64,000 bases of DNA from Bacteroidales bacterium (GTDB lineage Bacteria; Bacteroidota; Bacteroidia; Bacteroidales; ML635J-15), in NCBI GenBank assembly GCA_963676165.1, contig OY781043.1:3769342-3833341 (forward strand), in the 5' to 3' direction. The position numbers and the translations under genes were made by a program. Positions 1-10,616 of the stretch are shown in pieces. The notes under the pieces are model-generated. The model had not been told where the DNA came from and did no database searches. It was given only the letters and a program-made list of their open reading frames with translations. The first letter of the stretch is position 1; each line of letters opens with the position of its first letter.

Positions 1-2606
1 TTATTCTGCAACGTCTGGAAAACATTTGGGAAAAAGCAAATGCACGCTTCGACAATCACCAAAATATGGATGTAGAATCTCATCCTATGTTAGACCCTCA
101 ACAGCATCTTACACATCCTAAAGAAATTGAGTCGTATCTTGAACGTTTTCCTCAAATCCTTTTCGGACAAATACAAGATGCAGACTACAGTCAAAAACTG
201 AGCTTTTCAACAGCTCCCCAACCAGCATTTCAAAAGAATTTTGACTTGCTAATTCAAGAGCTTCAAAAACGAAAAGACGATGGTTACTCTTGTCACATTT
301 TATCTGATAATGAGAAGCAAATTCAACGAATTCGGGATATTTTTACGGATAAAGAAGAAAATATTTCGTTTGAACCTGTCTTTTTCGCACTCCATCAAGG
401 GTTTATTGATCACGATCTGAAATATTGTGTCTTTACGGATCATCAAATTTTTGAACGATATCATAAATATCAACTTAAAGGAAATTTTGCTCGCAAAGAT
501 GCCATTAGTCTTAAAGAATTACATGACTTAAAGCCTGGCGACTACGTTGTTCATGTCGATAATGGCGTCGGAAAATTTGAAGGACTTCAGCGCATTGTAA
601 ACGATGGAAAAACCCAAGAAGTAATCCGTATCAGATACAATGAAGGAGACGTTCTTTTTGTTAACATTCATTCTTTACACCGGATCTCTAAATACAGAGA
701 TAAGGAAGGAGACAAACCCAATATCCACCGTTTGGGATCGGGACATTGGGCAAGAATAAAAGAGAAAACAAAGAAGAAAGTTAAAGATATTGCGCGAGAT
801 TTGATCCTCTTGTACGCCAAACGACAAGAAAGCGATGGATTTGCATATTCTCCTGACACATATCTTCAGCGTGAATTAGAATCTTCATTCATTTATGAAG
901 ACACTCCTGACCAATTGACAGCAACGCAAGCAGTCAAAGAAGACATGGAAAATAAAATTCCCATGGATCGTTTGGTTTGTGGTGATGTTGGTTTTGGTAA
1001 AACTGAAGTCGCAGTACGAGCAGCATTCAAAGCTGCCAACGATAGTAAACAAGTTGCGATATTGGTTCCAACTACTATTTTAGCTTTTCAGCATTACAAC
1101 ACTTTCAAGTCTCGTCTTCAGGATATGCCAGTGAAAATTGATTATGTGAGTCGATTAAAAACAAGCGGTGAAATCAAAAAAACGCTCAAAGCTTTAAAAG
1201 AAGGTGAAGTTGACATTATCATTGGCACACATCGACTTGTTAGTAAGGATGTTGAGTTTAAAGATCTTGGTTTGCTTATCATAGATGAGGAACAAAAATT
1301 TGGAGTTTCTGTTAAAGAGAAACTCAAGCAAATAAAACTCAATGTTGACACCCTTACATTAACGGCAACACCAATTCCACGTACTATGCAGTTTTCGTTG
1401 ATGGGAGCCAGAGATTTGTCTGTCATCAACACACCACCACCAAATCGACATCCAATTATTACCGAATTGCACACGTTTAATCACGATATTATTCGTGAAG
1501 CAATCATGTATGAAGTGAATCGCAATGGTCAAGTATTTTTCATTCATAATCGGGTGCAAAATATTATGGAGGTTGAAACCTTAATAAACCGAATTTGTCC
1601 TGAAGTAAAAACCCGCTTTGCACATGGTCAGATGGATGGAAAAAGCTTGGAGCGCATCATGCTGGAATTTATGCGTGGTGATTTTGATGTTCTTATTGCA
1701 ACTACTATCATCGAAAACGGACTCGACATTCCAAATGCAAATACTATCATCATCAATAATGCAAATAATTTTGGATTAAGTGAATTGCACCAATTGCGCG
1801 GTAGAGTTGGTCGCTCAAACAAAAAAGCATTTTGCTACCTGTTGGCACCTCCATTAACACATGTTAGTGGTGATGCTCGACGCAGACTTAAAGCCATAGA
1901 AGAATTTACCGATTTGGGTAGTGGCTTTAATATTGCCATGCAGGATTTGGATATCCGTGGTGCTGGAGATATGCTGGGAGCAGAACAATCAGGTTTTATT
2001 TCAGATATGGGTTATGAAACCTATCAGAAAATTCTTAAAGAAGCCATTCAAGAGCTTAAAGAAGATGAATTCAGGACAATGTTTCAGGAAAAAGATGCAG
2101 ATAAAACATTACCAATAGACCATCAATTTGTCAACGATTGCCAAATTGAAACCGATTATGAAGTTTTGTTGCCGGATGATTACATTGAATCAGTATCAGA
2201 ACGCATACACTTATATCGCAAACTTGATAACATTGAACAAGAATCGGAGATTTTGCGTTTTGAACAAGAATTATTGGACCGTTTTGGACCATTGCCAGAG
2301 CAAGTACTTGGAATGATGGAAGTTGTACGGTTGCGCTGGATTGCTTTAAAGCTTGGTTTCCAACGTATTGTAATAAAAAACCAACGATTCATTGGCTATT
2401 TTCCTTTAGATCAACAATCTGTATTTTATCAAAGTCGTATTTTCTCTGGCGTAATTGCATTCATGCAGAAACATCCTGGAAAAGTGATGTTAAAAGAGCA
2501 TAATAACAAATTGAGTTTACGCGTTCGAAATATCAAAGACATTTACAGCATAAGAACATTTTTGGAAACTATGCATGCAGATATTCTGAACATGCATGAA
2601 AACTAA
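1..2606 (+). CDS. mfd: transcription-repair coupling factor Mfd (5' end upstream of window)
   Basis: The reading frame is open from base 3, so the Met at 66 is internal. It has the CarD-like motif GDYVVHVDNGVGKF and helicase motifs GDVGFGKTEVA, IIDEEQKFG, TLTATPIPRT and QLRGRVGR. Confidence 0.93.
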   Translation, partial: ILQRLENIWEKANARFDNHQNMDVESHPMLDPQQHLTHPKEIESYLERFPQILFGQIQDADYSQKLSFSTAPQPAFQKNFDLLIQELQKRKDDGYSCHILSDNEKQIQRIRDIFTDKEENISFEPVFFALHQGFIDHDLKYCVFTDHQIFERYHKYQLKGNFARKDAISLKELHDLKPGDYVVHVDNGVGKFEGLQRIVNDGKTQEVIRIRYNEGDVLFVNIHSLHRISKYRDKEGDKPNIHRLGSGHWARIKEKTKKKVKDIARDLILLYAKRQESDGFAYSPDTYLQRELESSFIYEDTPDQLTATQAVKEDMENKIPMDRLVCGDVGFGKTEVAVRAAFKAANDSKQVAILVPTTILAFQHYNTFKSRLQDMPVKIDYVSRLKTSGEIKKTLKALKEGEVDIIIGTHRLVSKDVEFKDLGLLIIDEEQKFGVSVKEKLKQIKLNVDTLTLTATPIPRTMQFSLMGARDLSVINTPPPNRHPIITELHTFNHDIIREAIMYEVNRNGQVFFIHNRVQNIMEVETLINRICPEVKTRFAHGQMDGKSLERIMLEFMRGDFDVLIATTIIENGLDIPNANTIIINNANNFGLSELHQLRGRVGRSNKKAFCYLLAPPLTHVSGDARRRLKAIEEFTDLGSGFNIAMQDLDIRGAGDMLGAEQSGFISDMGYETYQKILKEAIQELKEDEFRTMFQEKDADKTLPIDHQFVNDCQIETDYEVLLPDDYIESVSERIHLYRKLDNIEQESEILRFEQELLDRFGPLPEQVLGMMEVVRLRWIALKLGFQRIVIKNQRFIGYFPLDQQSVFYQSRIFSGVIAFMQKHPGKVMLKEHNNKLSLRVRNIKDIYSIRTFLETMHADILNMHEN

Positions 2607-2664
2607 AAATTCAATTTTTGCAATTCAACAGAATGTTTAAATTTACTGTCTAAATTCAGAAACT

Positions 2665-2922
2665 ATGTTTTTACTACGCTTATTGCTACTCTTTTTCATT
2701 TTCATGTTTATCCTTTTTCTTTTGATTAGGATTATTCTCCCTTATAAATTCCGTCAGCTCTCAAAAAAAATGAATCAACAAACAGAGGAACAAAAAAGAG
2801 CATACCGGCAATCCGAAAAACAGGAGGGCGAAGTTACCATAGAAAATACTCAACAAGCAAAAAAAGGGCAATCCTCTACCAAAGGGGAGTATGTGGATTT
2901 TGAAGTTGTTGATGAAGACTGA
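2665..2922 (+). CDS. small membrane protein (DUF4834-like)
   Basis: 85 aa with an N-terminal hydrophobic helix, a charged K/E/Q-rich linker and a C-terminal GEYVDFEVV motif recalled from the Bacteroidota DUF4834 family. Confidence 0.5.
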   Translation: MFLLRLLLLFFIFMFILFLLIRIILPYKFRQLSKKMNQQTEEQKRAYRQSEKQEGEVTIENTQQAKKGQSSTKGEYVDFEVVDED

Positions 2923-3037
2923 TAATCACAGCTAAAATTCAAGTTGACAAACAATAAATGCATCCAATTGTTAGTTGTTTTGATGCAGCAATTTTGAGTT
3001 TAAGAACTTATTAATAATAAGGTATCATTTAATTTCA

Positions 3038-3045
3038 TAGTTTTG
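3038..3045 (+). promoter_or_regulatory. Bacteroidota-type -7 promoter box (TAGTTTTG)
   Basis: Matches the TAnnTTTG consensus and lies 18 nt upstream of the ATG at 3063. Confidence 0.4.
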
Positions 3046-3062
3046 CATCAGAAATAGAAATT

Positions 3063-3350
3063 ATGGCAGGAGGATTTTTTAAAATACCGAACCATTCAGT
3101 GTTCAACTATCAACCGGTTTTTTACGACCCGGAAAAAGAGCGTCGTGAAAAAAAACGTCGTCAGTTGCGAATGGAGCAAGGTAAAGACCCTGATATTGAT
3201 GATGATGCGAGTACAGAAGATCGTATTCGTGGGCGTATGTCTGCTTATCGCATTAAACCGGTAAAAAAGGCAAAACGCGCATCGAATCTCAGGTTACTTG
3301 TCATTTTTGGCATTCTATTATTACTCACTTACGTCATTTTAGCGTTATAA
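3063..3350 (+). CDS. hypothetical tail-anchored membrane protein
   Basis: 95 aa with a basic/acidic N-terminal part and one C-terminal TM helix (LLVIFGILLLLTYVILAL). Its stop lies 2 nt before the mutL start. Confidence 0.45.
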   Translation: MAGGFFKIPNHSVFNYQPVFYDPEKERREKKRRQLRMEQGKDPDIDDDASTEDRIRGRMSAYRIKPVKKAKRASNLRLLVIFGILLLLTYVILAL

Positions 3351-3352
3351 TT

Positions 3353-5179
3353 ATGGCAGATTGCATTCATTTGTTACCGGATGCAGTAGCCAATCAAATT
3401 GCAGCTGGAGAGGTTATCCAGCGTCCTGCATCCGTTGTTAAAGAGTTGGTTGAAAATGCTGTTGATGCTGAAGCATCAAAGGTCACTATCATTGTGCGTG
3501 ATGCCGGAAAAACATTAATCCAAGTGATTGATGACGGAAAAGGCATGAGCGAAACAGATGCACGAATGGCATTTGAGCGCCATGCTACATCAAAAATCAC
3601 CAAAGCAGAGGATTTATTTGCAATTCGAACCAAAGGTTTCCGTGGCGAAGCACTTGCGTCCATTGCCGCTGTTGCCAGTGTCGATTTAAAAACCCGAGCC
3701 AAAGGCGAAAGCATAGGCACATACATTCGTATGTCTGCCTCAGTGGTTGAATTGCAAGAGGCAGATGCTTACCCTGAAGGAACTAACTTCATGGTAAAAA
3801 ATCTCTTTTTCAATATCCCGGCACGACGAAAATTTCTAAAAACCGAGCAAACAGAACTCAAACATATCATTAACGAAGTACAAAGAGTTGCACTTGCTCA
3901 CCCTGAAATTCGTTTCAAATTGTCGCATAATGATCATGACATCATGAATTTGCAAGCTGGAAATGTCAAACAGCGTATCGTTGGTATTTTTGGTCGTAGC
4001 ATGGAAAATAATTTGATTGATGTCAATATTGATACTGACATTGTTCGATTACGTGGCTATATCGGAAAACCGGAGAAAGCAAGGAAAACATCAGGAGAGC
4101 AGTTCTTTTTTGTGAATCGCAGATACATGCGTCATGGCTATTTTTATAAAGCAGTAGCCAGTGCTTATGAACGACTCATTCAAGAAAACTCTTACCCTCA
4201 GTTTTTCATTTATTTTGATATTAATCCGGATAAAATTGATGTGAATATCCACCCGACAAAAACTGAAATTAAATTTACAGACGAGCGTCCTATTTATCAA
4301 ATGCTTCATGCTGCCGTAAGAGAGGCGCTTGGAAAATTTAATTTGGTTCCTTCTTTGGATTTTGAAAAAGATGAAACCATGGATATTTATTCTGGTTCGA
4401 AAGCAAGCTTTAAAGCCCCTGATATTGATGTTAACCCTGGGTTTAATCCTTTTGAAGAAGAGAAAAAATCAGCCGCTGGTTTTTCTCGTTCAACGGATTA
4501 TTCGCATCCGCACCAAAAGGAAGTTTCTCCAGATTTGAAACATTGGAAAAGTTTGTATCCCGAACCAGAAATCGAAACTGAAAATCAACAACAGGAAATT
4601 CCAATTGAGAATAAAACCAACTCTCAATTTTTCCAAATTAAACAACGATACATCATTACCACAGTCAAGTCAGGTATGATGGTTATTGATCAAACAAGAG
4701 CCCACGAAAGGATACTCTATGAGCAATTTATGGAATTTCTGGGGAAACGCGAAGGAGTAGTTCAAAAGGAACTTTATCCTGTCAATGTACAATTGAATCC
4801 TGAGGATTTTGCCCTAGCAATGGAATTAATGGACAAATTGAATGAACTTGGATTCGATCTATCTGTTTTTGGTGATAACAGTCTTGTTGTAAATGGTTTG
4901 CCTGCAGATATCATTGTTGAAGATCCGAAGCGTTTAATTGAAGAAGTTTTAGAAAATTATAAAACGCATACGGGCGATATCAAACTCCAACTTGACGAAC
5001 GCCTAGCATGGGCAATGTCTAAAACTTCGGCAAAACACTTTGTAAGACATCTTCAACCTGAAGAAATGCAGGAACTGTTTTATCGTTTAATGGCGTGTAA
5101 AATCCATAATTATACACCGAGCGGTAAATCCATTATCAGCATTATATCTGTTGATGAACTTGAAAAACGTTTAAAATAG
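3353..5179 (+). CDS. mutL: DNA mismatch repair protein MutL
   Basis: GHKL ATPase N-terminus (LPDAVANQIAAGEVIQRPASVVKELVENAVDA, DDGKGM, GFRGEAL). 608 aa with a C-terminal dimerisation region. Confidence 0.95.
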   Translation: MADCIHLLPDAVANQIAAGEVIQRPASVVKELVENAVDAEASKVTIIVRDAGKTLIQVIDDGKGMSETDARMAFERHATSKITKAEDLFAIRTKGFRGEALASIAAVASVDLKTRAKGESIGTYIRMSASVVELQEADAYPEGTNFMVKNLFFNIPARRKFLKTEQTELKHIINEVQRVALAHPEIRFKLSHNDHDIMNLQAGNVKQRIVGIFGRSMENNLIDVNIDTDIVRLRGYIGKPEKARKTSGEQFFFVNRRYMRHGYFYKAVASAYERLIQENSYPQFFIYFDINPDKIDVNIHPTKTEIKFTDERPIYQMLHAAVREALGKFNLVPSLDFEKDETMDIYSGSKASFKAPDIDVNPGFNPFEEEKKSAAGFSRSTDYSHPHQKEVSPDLKHWKSLYPEPEIETENQQQEIPIENKTNSQFFQIKQRYIITTVKSGMMVIDQTRAHERILYEQFMEFLGKREGVVQKELYPVNVQLNPEDFALAMELMDKLNELGFDLSVFGDNSLVVNGLPADIIVEDPKRLIEEVLENYKTHTGDIKLQLDERLAWAMSKTSAKHFVRHLQPEEMQELFYRLMACKIHNYTPSGKSIISIISVDELEKRLK

Positions 5180-5941
5180 TTGATTATGAATTTATTTGGA
5201 AGAGGATTTAGCATAAATATGACACCAGTTGTGAAAAACTTGGTAATCATTAATGTAGCCATGTTAGTAGCGACATATTTAGCAGAAAATTTGTTCATGT
5301 TCAACCTCACAGAAAAACTTGGTTTATTTTATTTTGATTCCAACTATTTCAACCCATTACAAATTGTTACACATATGTTTATGCATGGGGGTATTGGTCA
5401 TATCTTTTTTAACATGTATGCTTTGGTGATTTTTGGAAACGTTTTGGAACAAACCTGGGGTGGAAAACGCTTTCTGATTTATTATCTGGTTACAGGTCTA
5501 GGAGCTGCATTATTGCACAACTTAGTAAATTTTATTCATGCACAAACCATTATTTCCAATATAAGCCCTGATGATTTAAACCTTGTTATTAGTGAGGGAA
5601 GAGAAGCACTTCTGAACTATAAGAATTTCATTAATCCTCAACTAGCCGACCTTAACTTGATTTATAACATTCCTACCGTTGGAGCATCAGGAGCTGTTTT
5701 TGGGGTTTTATTAGCCTTCGGAATGCTTTTCCCCAATGTAAGATTGCAAATGATTTTTCCTCCAGTATCTTTAAAAGCAAAACATTTAGTCATTGGATAT
5801 GGCGTTTTGGAATTATACCTCGGATTAACTCAACCAGGAAGCAATATTGCCCATTTTGCTCACCTAGGAGGTATGCTGTTTGGCTTTATTTTGATTAAGA
5901 TTTATAAGAAAAATCAGTTTAATCAAAACCGTTGGAACTGA
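5180..5941 (+). CDS. rhomboid family intramembrane serine protease
   Basis: Multi-TM protein with the catalytic GASGAVFG motif and a downstream HFAHLGG histidine motif. Confidence 0.85.
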   Translation: MIMNLFGRGFSINMTPVVKNLVIINVAMLVATYLAENLFMFNLTEKLGLFYFDSNYFNPLQIVTHMFMHGGIGHIFFNMYALVIFGNVLEQTWGGKRFLIYYLVTGLGAALLHNLVNFIHAQTIISNISPDDLNLVISEGREALLNYKNFINPQLADLNLIYNIPTVGASGAVFGVLLAFGMLFPNVRLQMIFPPVSLKAKHLVIGYGVLELYLGLTQPGSNIAHFAHLGGMLFGFILIKIYKKNQFNQNRWN

Positions 5942-6834
5942 TGAATTTTCAGGATTACATAAAACAAAGTTTTCAAAACGGCACTGTACTAACACGCTTG
6001 ATATACATCAACTTAGGCATGTTTGTCCTCGTTGTTACTTGGTTTATTTTGAGCCGTTTAGGTGGTTTTGATACTGAAGCCTTACACGATCTTTTGGCAT
6101 TTCCTGCAAGCTTGGAACGTGCCATTCTAAAACCATGGACAATCGTAACTTACATGTTTACTCAGATAAATTTCTTTCATTTGCTCTTTAATCTGGTTGC
6201 ACTTTCATGGTTCGGAAAAATGTTTCTCCAATGGCTGGATGAAAATAAACTTTTGTCCGTTTATATTCTTGGAGGATTAAGTGGAGCTGGTATTTATCTG
6301 CTTTCTTATCAAATTTTTCCAGGATTAGCAATTCATAACAATACGGTAGGAGTTGTCGGTGCTTCTGCATCTATTTATGCCATTTTAATGGCACTTGTAG
6401 GAATAGCACCAAAACATAAAATTCACATTCCATTGATTGCAAGTTTTGACTTACGACAATTGGGATTGGCTGTATTGGCCATTGATGTTTTCAGCATTGC
6501 ATTTAGTCACAATATCGGAGGACATTTAGCTCACATGGGAGGAGCTCTCTTTGGGTTTACTTTTGGTTATCTTCATAAACAAGGTACAGATATTTCGTGG
6601 TGGTTAACTCAAATTATTAAAGCTGTTGGCAAATTTTTTAAGCCAAAACCGAAAATGAAAGTAAATTACAAAACCGAAAATCGTACCCGTCACGAAACTG
6701 ACATGGAATACAATGCGCGGAAAACAGCAGAACAAGAAGAGGTCAATCGTATTTTGGATAAAATTGGGGAATCTGGATATGAAAGTCTAACAAAACGTGA
6801 GAAAGAAATTTTATTTAAGTCAAGCCGGAAGTAA
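5932..6834 (+). CDS. rhomboid family protein (second, tandem copy)
   Basis: Multi-TM protein with GASASIYA and HLAHMGG motifs and a C-terminal soluble extension. It overlaps the upstream rhomboid by 10 nt. Confidence 0.8.
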   Translation: MELMNFQDYIKQSFQNGTVLTRLIYINLGMFVLVVTWFILSRLGGFDTEALHDLLAFPASLERAILKPWTIVTYMFTQINFFHLLFNLVALSWFGKMFLQWLDENKLLSVYILGGLSGAGIYLLSYQIFPGLAIHNNTVGVVGASASIYAILMALVGIAPKHKIHIPLIASFDLRQLGLAVLAIDVFSIAFSHNIGGHLAHMGGALFGFTFGYLHKQGTDISWWLTQIIKAVGKFFKPKPKMKVNYKTENRTRHETDMEYNARKTAEQEEVNRILDKIGESGYESLTKREKEILFKSSRK

Positions 6835-6835
6835 C

Positions 6836-7927
6836 ATGAAATTTATTCGAGCCATTTTTGTATTCCTTAACATCTTGGTTGTCATTCTATTGATGATGAG
6901 TTATGCTGCCGGATTTTTATCACCAGAAAAATTTCATCTTCCTACCTTAATGGGATTCCTGTTTCCATACATTGCAGGTTTGAATGTTCTCTTTGTCATC
7001 TTTTGGCTAATCTTTAAATATCAATATAGCCTAATTTCATTGATAGCACTACTTGCTGGCTTTGGCTTAATAAGTCGATTTGTTCAAATATCAGGGAAAA
7101 ATCTACCAGAAAACGAGGAAAAGGAAATAATGTATGTAATATCATACAACACTCAAATTTTTGGCTGGTATCATTGGGATAATAATCTTGAAATTCGAGA
7201 CTCTATCCTTGATTTTATTGAAAAGGAACAACCTGATATTCTGTGTATTCAAGAATATTTCACAACAAGAAACTCCCGTTTTCAAACCGGAAAGCTAATC
7301 CAAGAAAAATTAAATGGAATTTCCATTCATGAAGCGTTTGCTATTATGCCTGATAATAACCAGGCTTTTGGACTTGCAACATTTATTCGGTATCCCATTA
7401 TCGGAAAGGGGAATATCCAATTTGAAAACAGCAATAATTTGGTGCAATTCACCGATTTTATTTTTCAGAATGATACTTTACGACTATACAATGCCCATTT
7501 ACAATCATTGCACTTCAACCTCAACGATTATTCTGAAGTTGATGAAATAAATTTGAGAGAAATAAGCATTGAACAGCTGGGAAGTAAAAAGCAGATCATT
7601 AAAAAGTTTCTTGCTGCTTCAAAACAACGGGCAGCACAAGCCGATAGTTTGGCATCACATATTGCATTGTCACCATATCCTGTCATTGTATGCGGCGATT
7701 TTAATGATACACCCGGATCCTATGCATATCATCAAATTGCAAAAAACCTCAAAGATGCCTTTAAAGCTTCCGGTCAAGGGTTTGATTTCAGTTACAGTCG
7801 AAAAATACTAAAGCTTCGAATTGATCATATTTTATACGATAAGTCTCTGGAATCCTATGCTTTTAATACAAAAAACGTGAATTTTTCTGATCATTTCCCT
7901 GTAAGTTGTTATCTTAGTAGCAAATAA
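6836..7927 (+). CDS. endonuclease/exonuclease/phosphatase (EEP) family membrane protein
   Basis: N-terminal TM helices and a C-terminal EEP fold with CGDFNDTP and SDHFPV motifs. The start is moved to ATG 6836 (MKFIRAIF), just after the rhomboid stop at 6834. Confidence 0.75.
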   Translation: MKFIRAIFVFLNILVVILLMMSYAAGFLSPEKFHLPTLMGFLFPYIAGLNVLFVIFWLIFKYQYSLISLIALLAGFGLISRFVQISGKNLPENEEKEIMYVISYNTQIFGWYHWDNNLEIRDSILDFIEKEQPDILCIQEYFTTRNSRFQTGKLIQEKLNGISIHEAFAIMPDNNQAFGLATFIRYPIIGKGNIQFENSNNLVQFTDFIFQNDTLRLYNAHLQSLHFNLNDYSEVDEINLREISIEQLGSKKQIIKKFLAASKQRAAQADSLASHIALSPYPVIVCGDFNDTPGSYAYHQIAKNLKDAFKASGQGFDFSYSRKILKLRIDHILYDKSLESYAFNTKNVNFSDHFPVSCYLSSK

Positions 7928-7933
7928 TATCAC

Positions 7934-8680
7934 ATGAAGGGTTCAAGAATCATAATTATACTCCTAATTATCAGTCTATTAGTATCTTGCCAGGCAAATC
8001 GTCAATTTGAATGGCCCAGAATTGAACGAAATGAAGAAGTTGTGACTCATAAGTACTACGCATTAGTGTATGATGAGGATCATGAAATAGCAAAATGGAC
8101 AGCGTACAGCATCGACAAATCTGAAACTTATCCGTACGTTGACCGTTTGTATCAATACAATCAAGACCCAAAAGTTTTTACCTATACTGCAACCTATGAC
8201 GATTACAAAAAGTCTGGTTACGACCGTGGTCACTTAATCCCTGCACGTGACATGATGTTTAACGAATTGGCTCAAAAGGAAGTCAATTTTATGAGTAATA
8301 TTACTCCACAGGATCCAGGGTTTAATCGTGGAATTTGGCGAGTACTTGAACGCAATGTCAGAAGTTGGGCGAATCAATACGATTCTGTTCTTGTAGTCAC
8401 CGGACCAGTATTGAAAGATTCTTTGCCTAAAATTGGAGATACCAACGAAATATCTGTACCTGAGTCCTTTTTTAAAACAGTTTTGATTTATAATGACACC
8501 ATAAAATCTGGTATTGCCTTTCATATTCCCAATGAAAAAGCTGAAAGCGCAGATATTCTCGATTATAGTATCAGTATTGATAGTTTAGAAATTATTACAG
8601 GAATGGATTTTTACCCCAAGATTCCCAAAAAACTTAAAGCCATTGAAGACACTGTAATTGTTGAACATTGGAAACGATAA
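7934..8680 (+). CDS. secreted DNA/RNA non-specific endonuclease (lipoprotein)
   Basis: Lipobox LLVSC plus the catalytic DRGHLIPARD motif of the beta-beta-alpha-Me non-specific nuclease family. Confidence 0.85.
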   Translation: MKGSRIIIILLIISLLVSCQANRQFEWPRIERNEEVVTHKYYALVYDEDHEIAKWTAYSIDKSETYPYVDRLYQYNQDPKVFTYTATYDDYKKSGYDRGHLIPARDMMFNELAQKEVNFMSNITPQDPGFNRGIWRVLERNVRSWANQYDSVLVVTGPVLKDSLPKIGDTNEISVPESFFKTVLIYNDTIKSGIAFHIPNEKAESADILDYSISIDSLEIITGMDFYPKIPKKLKAIEDTVIVEHWKR

Positions 8681-8721
8681 ACTGTTCGATAAGGAGTAAT
8701 ATCTTATAATTAGAAATTGCT

Positions 8722-9522
8722 ATGGATCATAATGTACTAATTGCCCTTGGATTGACTCTATTTGCTGGTTTAAGTACCGGTATTGGGAGTATTATCTCGG
8801 TCATGTATAAAAAGACAAATCAATCTTTATTATCTGTTGCATTAGGTTTTTCTGCAGGAGTTATGATTTACATTTCTTTTGTAGAGATTCTACCTGAAGC
8901 CAATGCATCTATGCATAAATATTTCCAAAACGATGTCGGAAATTGGATTACATTAGCAGCCTTCTTTGGAGGTATGTTACTTGTTACACTGATTGATAAA
9001 CTTGTGCCTTCAGAAGAAAATCCTCATGAAATTCATGAAGTGGAAGACATCAATGATGAAGCAGCAAAAACCAAGAAGTTACAACGTTTAGGAGTACTTT
9101 CTGCTATTGCCATAGCCATCCATAATTTCCCTGAAGGAATTGCAACTTTCATGTCTGCGTACAATGATATTGAGCTTGGATTACCGATTGCCATTGCTGT
9201 GGCTATTCACAATATCCCGGAAGGAATTGCTGTAGCTGTTCCCATTTATTTTGCAACCCAAAGTCGGAGAAAAGCGTTTCGTTTATCTTTTTTGTCAGGC
9301 TTGTCAGAACCAGTAGGTGCAATTTTAGCATATCTGATTTTAATGCCATTCCTCAACGAATTGGTAATGGGAATTGTTTTTGCTTCTGTTGCCGGAATTA
9401 TGATTTTTATTTCTCTTGACGAACTTTTGCCAACAGCTGGAAAATACGGAAAACACCACCATTCAATTTACGGTTTACTTGCCGGAATGATGATTATGGC
9501 TATTTCACTTTTGATTCTTTAA
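8722..9522 (+). CDS. zupT: zinc transporter ZupT (ZIP family)
   Basis: 266 aa, multi-TM, with duplicated HNFPEGIA and HNIPEGIAVA ZIP motifs. Confidence 0.9.
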   Translation: MDHNVLIALGLTLFAGLSTGIGSIISVMYKKTNQSLLSVALGFSAGVMIYISFVEILPEANASMHKYFQNDVGNWITLAAFFGGMLLVTLIDKLVPSEENPHEIHEVEDINDEAAKTKKLQRLGVLSAIAIAIHNFPEGIATFMSAYNDIELGLPIAIAVAIHNIPEGIAVAVPIYFATQSRRKAFRLSFLSGLSEPVGAILAYLILMPFLNELVMGIVFASVAGIMIFISLDELLPTAGKYGKHHHSIYGLLAGMMIMAISLLIL

Positions 9523-9523
9523 C

Positions 9524-10483
9524 ATGCACAAAATTGCTTACATACTGATTTTTTCACTCACACTTTTAGGTGTATCCTGCCAAAAAGAGAAAAGTTTGCC
9601 GAGTGACTTGTTATTAAGTGAAATTTATTTTCCAGAAAACACTGAAATCAAAGATATGATTAGTGTCAACGATTCCGTATTATTTGTTTGTGGAGGACGA
9701 AGAGACCAACATGGATATATCTATCAATCGAAGGACAAAGGTGAAAGCTGGAGTATGCGTTTAATTCTTGATGATGCATCAATTAATTGCATCCATATCA
9801 GTGATGAAGGTGGATACTGGGCAGGAAGCGATTCTTTGAGAATATGGCATAGTAAGGATCTTGGACAAACTTGGGAAGAATATGAAATCAGTAATTACCC
9901 GTGGGACAATTATCTGAATCCATATCATGCAATTTACGCATGGAATTCAAAATCGATTCTTGCAATTGGGGGAGAATATTACCAGAAAGGCATCACAAGC
10001 AAAACCGAAACAGGAGACTATCCTTGGGTTCAGACTTCTTGGGATAATCAGTGGTTTGATCTTATTGTTTGGTTTGAGAACAATGTGCTTATTTCAGGGT
10101 ATGGACAAGTGTTATATAGCGATAATTTTGGAAAAGAATTTCATGAAACAGGTTTGTATGGAGATGCCTTTATTGATCTTGAAAAAACGGATGATAATGA
10201 AATTTTTGTACTTGGTGAACATGGAGAAATATTTCAATATAATAACCTTTCATGGGTAAGACATACAAACATTCAAGGGCGTTTTAACGATATGGCTTTG
10301 GGCGAAAAATATTCACTTTTTGTGGGACAAAGTGGAATATTCTTCCTTGCCGATGAGAACTTAAATGAGCCGATAGAAATTGAACCTTTCACTAGCTCGC
10401 ATTTGAGCTTAGCTCATGCCCATGGAAATGATTTCCTAATTGGCACATTAGATGGTAAAATATATCGCTTATCTGGAAAGTAA
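9524..10483 (+). CDS. BNR/Asp-box beta-propeller lipoprotein (Ycf48-like)
   Basis: Lipobox LGVSC with repeated SxDxGxxW-type boxes (SKDKGESW, SKDLGQTW, SDNFGKEF). Confidence 0.55.
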   Translation: MHKIAYILIFSLTLLGVSCQKEKSLPSDLLLSEIYFPENTEIKDMISVNDSVLFVCGGRRDQHGYIYQSKDKGESWSMRLILDDASINCIHISDEGGYWAGSDSLRIWHSKDLGQTWEEYEISNYPWDNYLNPYHAIYAWNSKSILAIGGEYYQKGITSKTETGDYPWVQTSWDNQWFDLIVWFENNVLISGYGQVLYSDNFGKEFHETGLYGDAFIDLEKTDDNEIFVLGEHGEIFQYNNLSWVRHTNIQGRFNDMALGEKYSLFVGQSGIFFLADENLNEPIEIEPFTSSHLSLAHAHGNDFLIGTLDGKIYRLSGK

Positions 10484-10616
10484 TAAATCTAACTTTTTCA
10501 CCTTTTACAATCTCATTTATTGGCATTTAGCTTTCCATTTAATTACGTTCATATTCGGTAAATACACACACAAACTACAATAGTTTATGAGGAAAATATC
10601 ATTTGAGATCTAATTT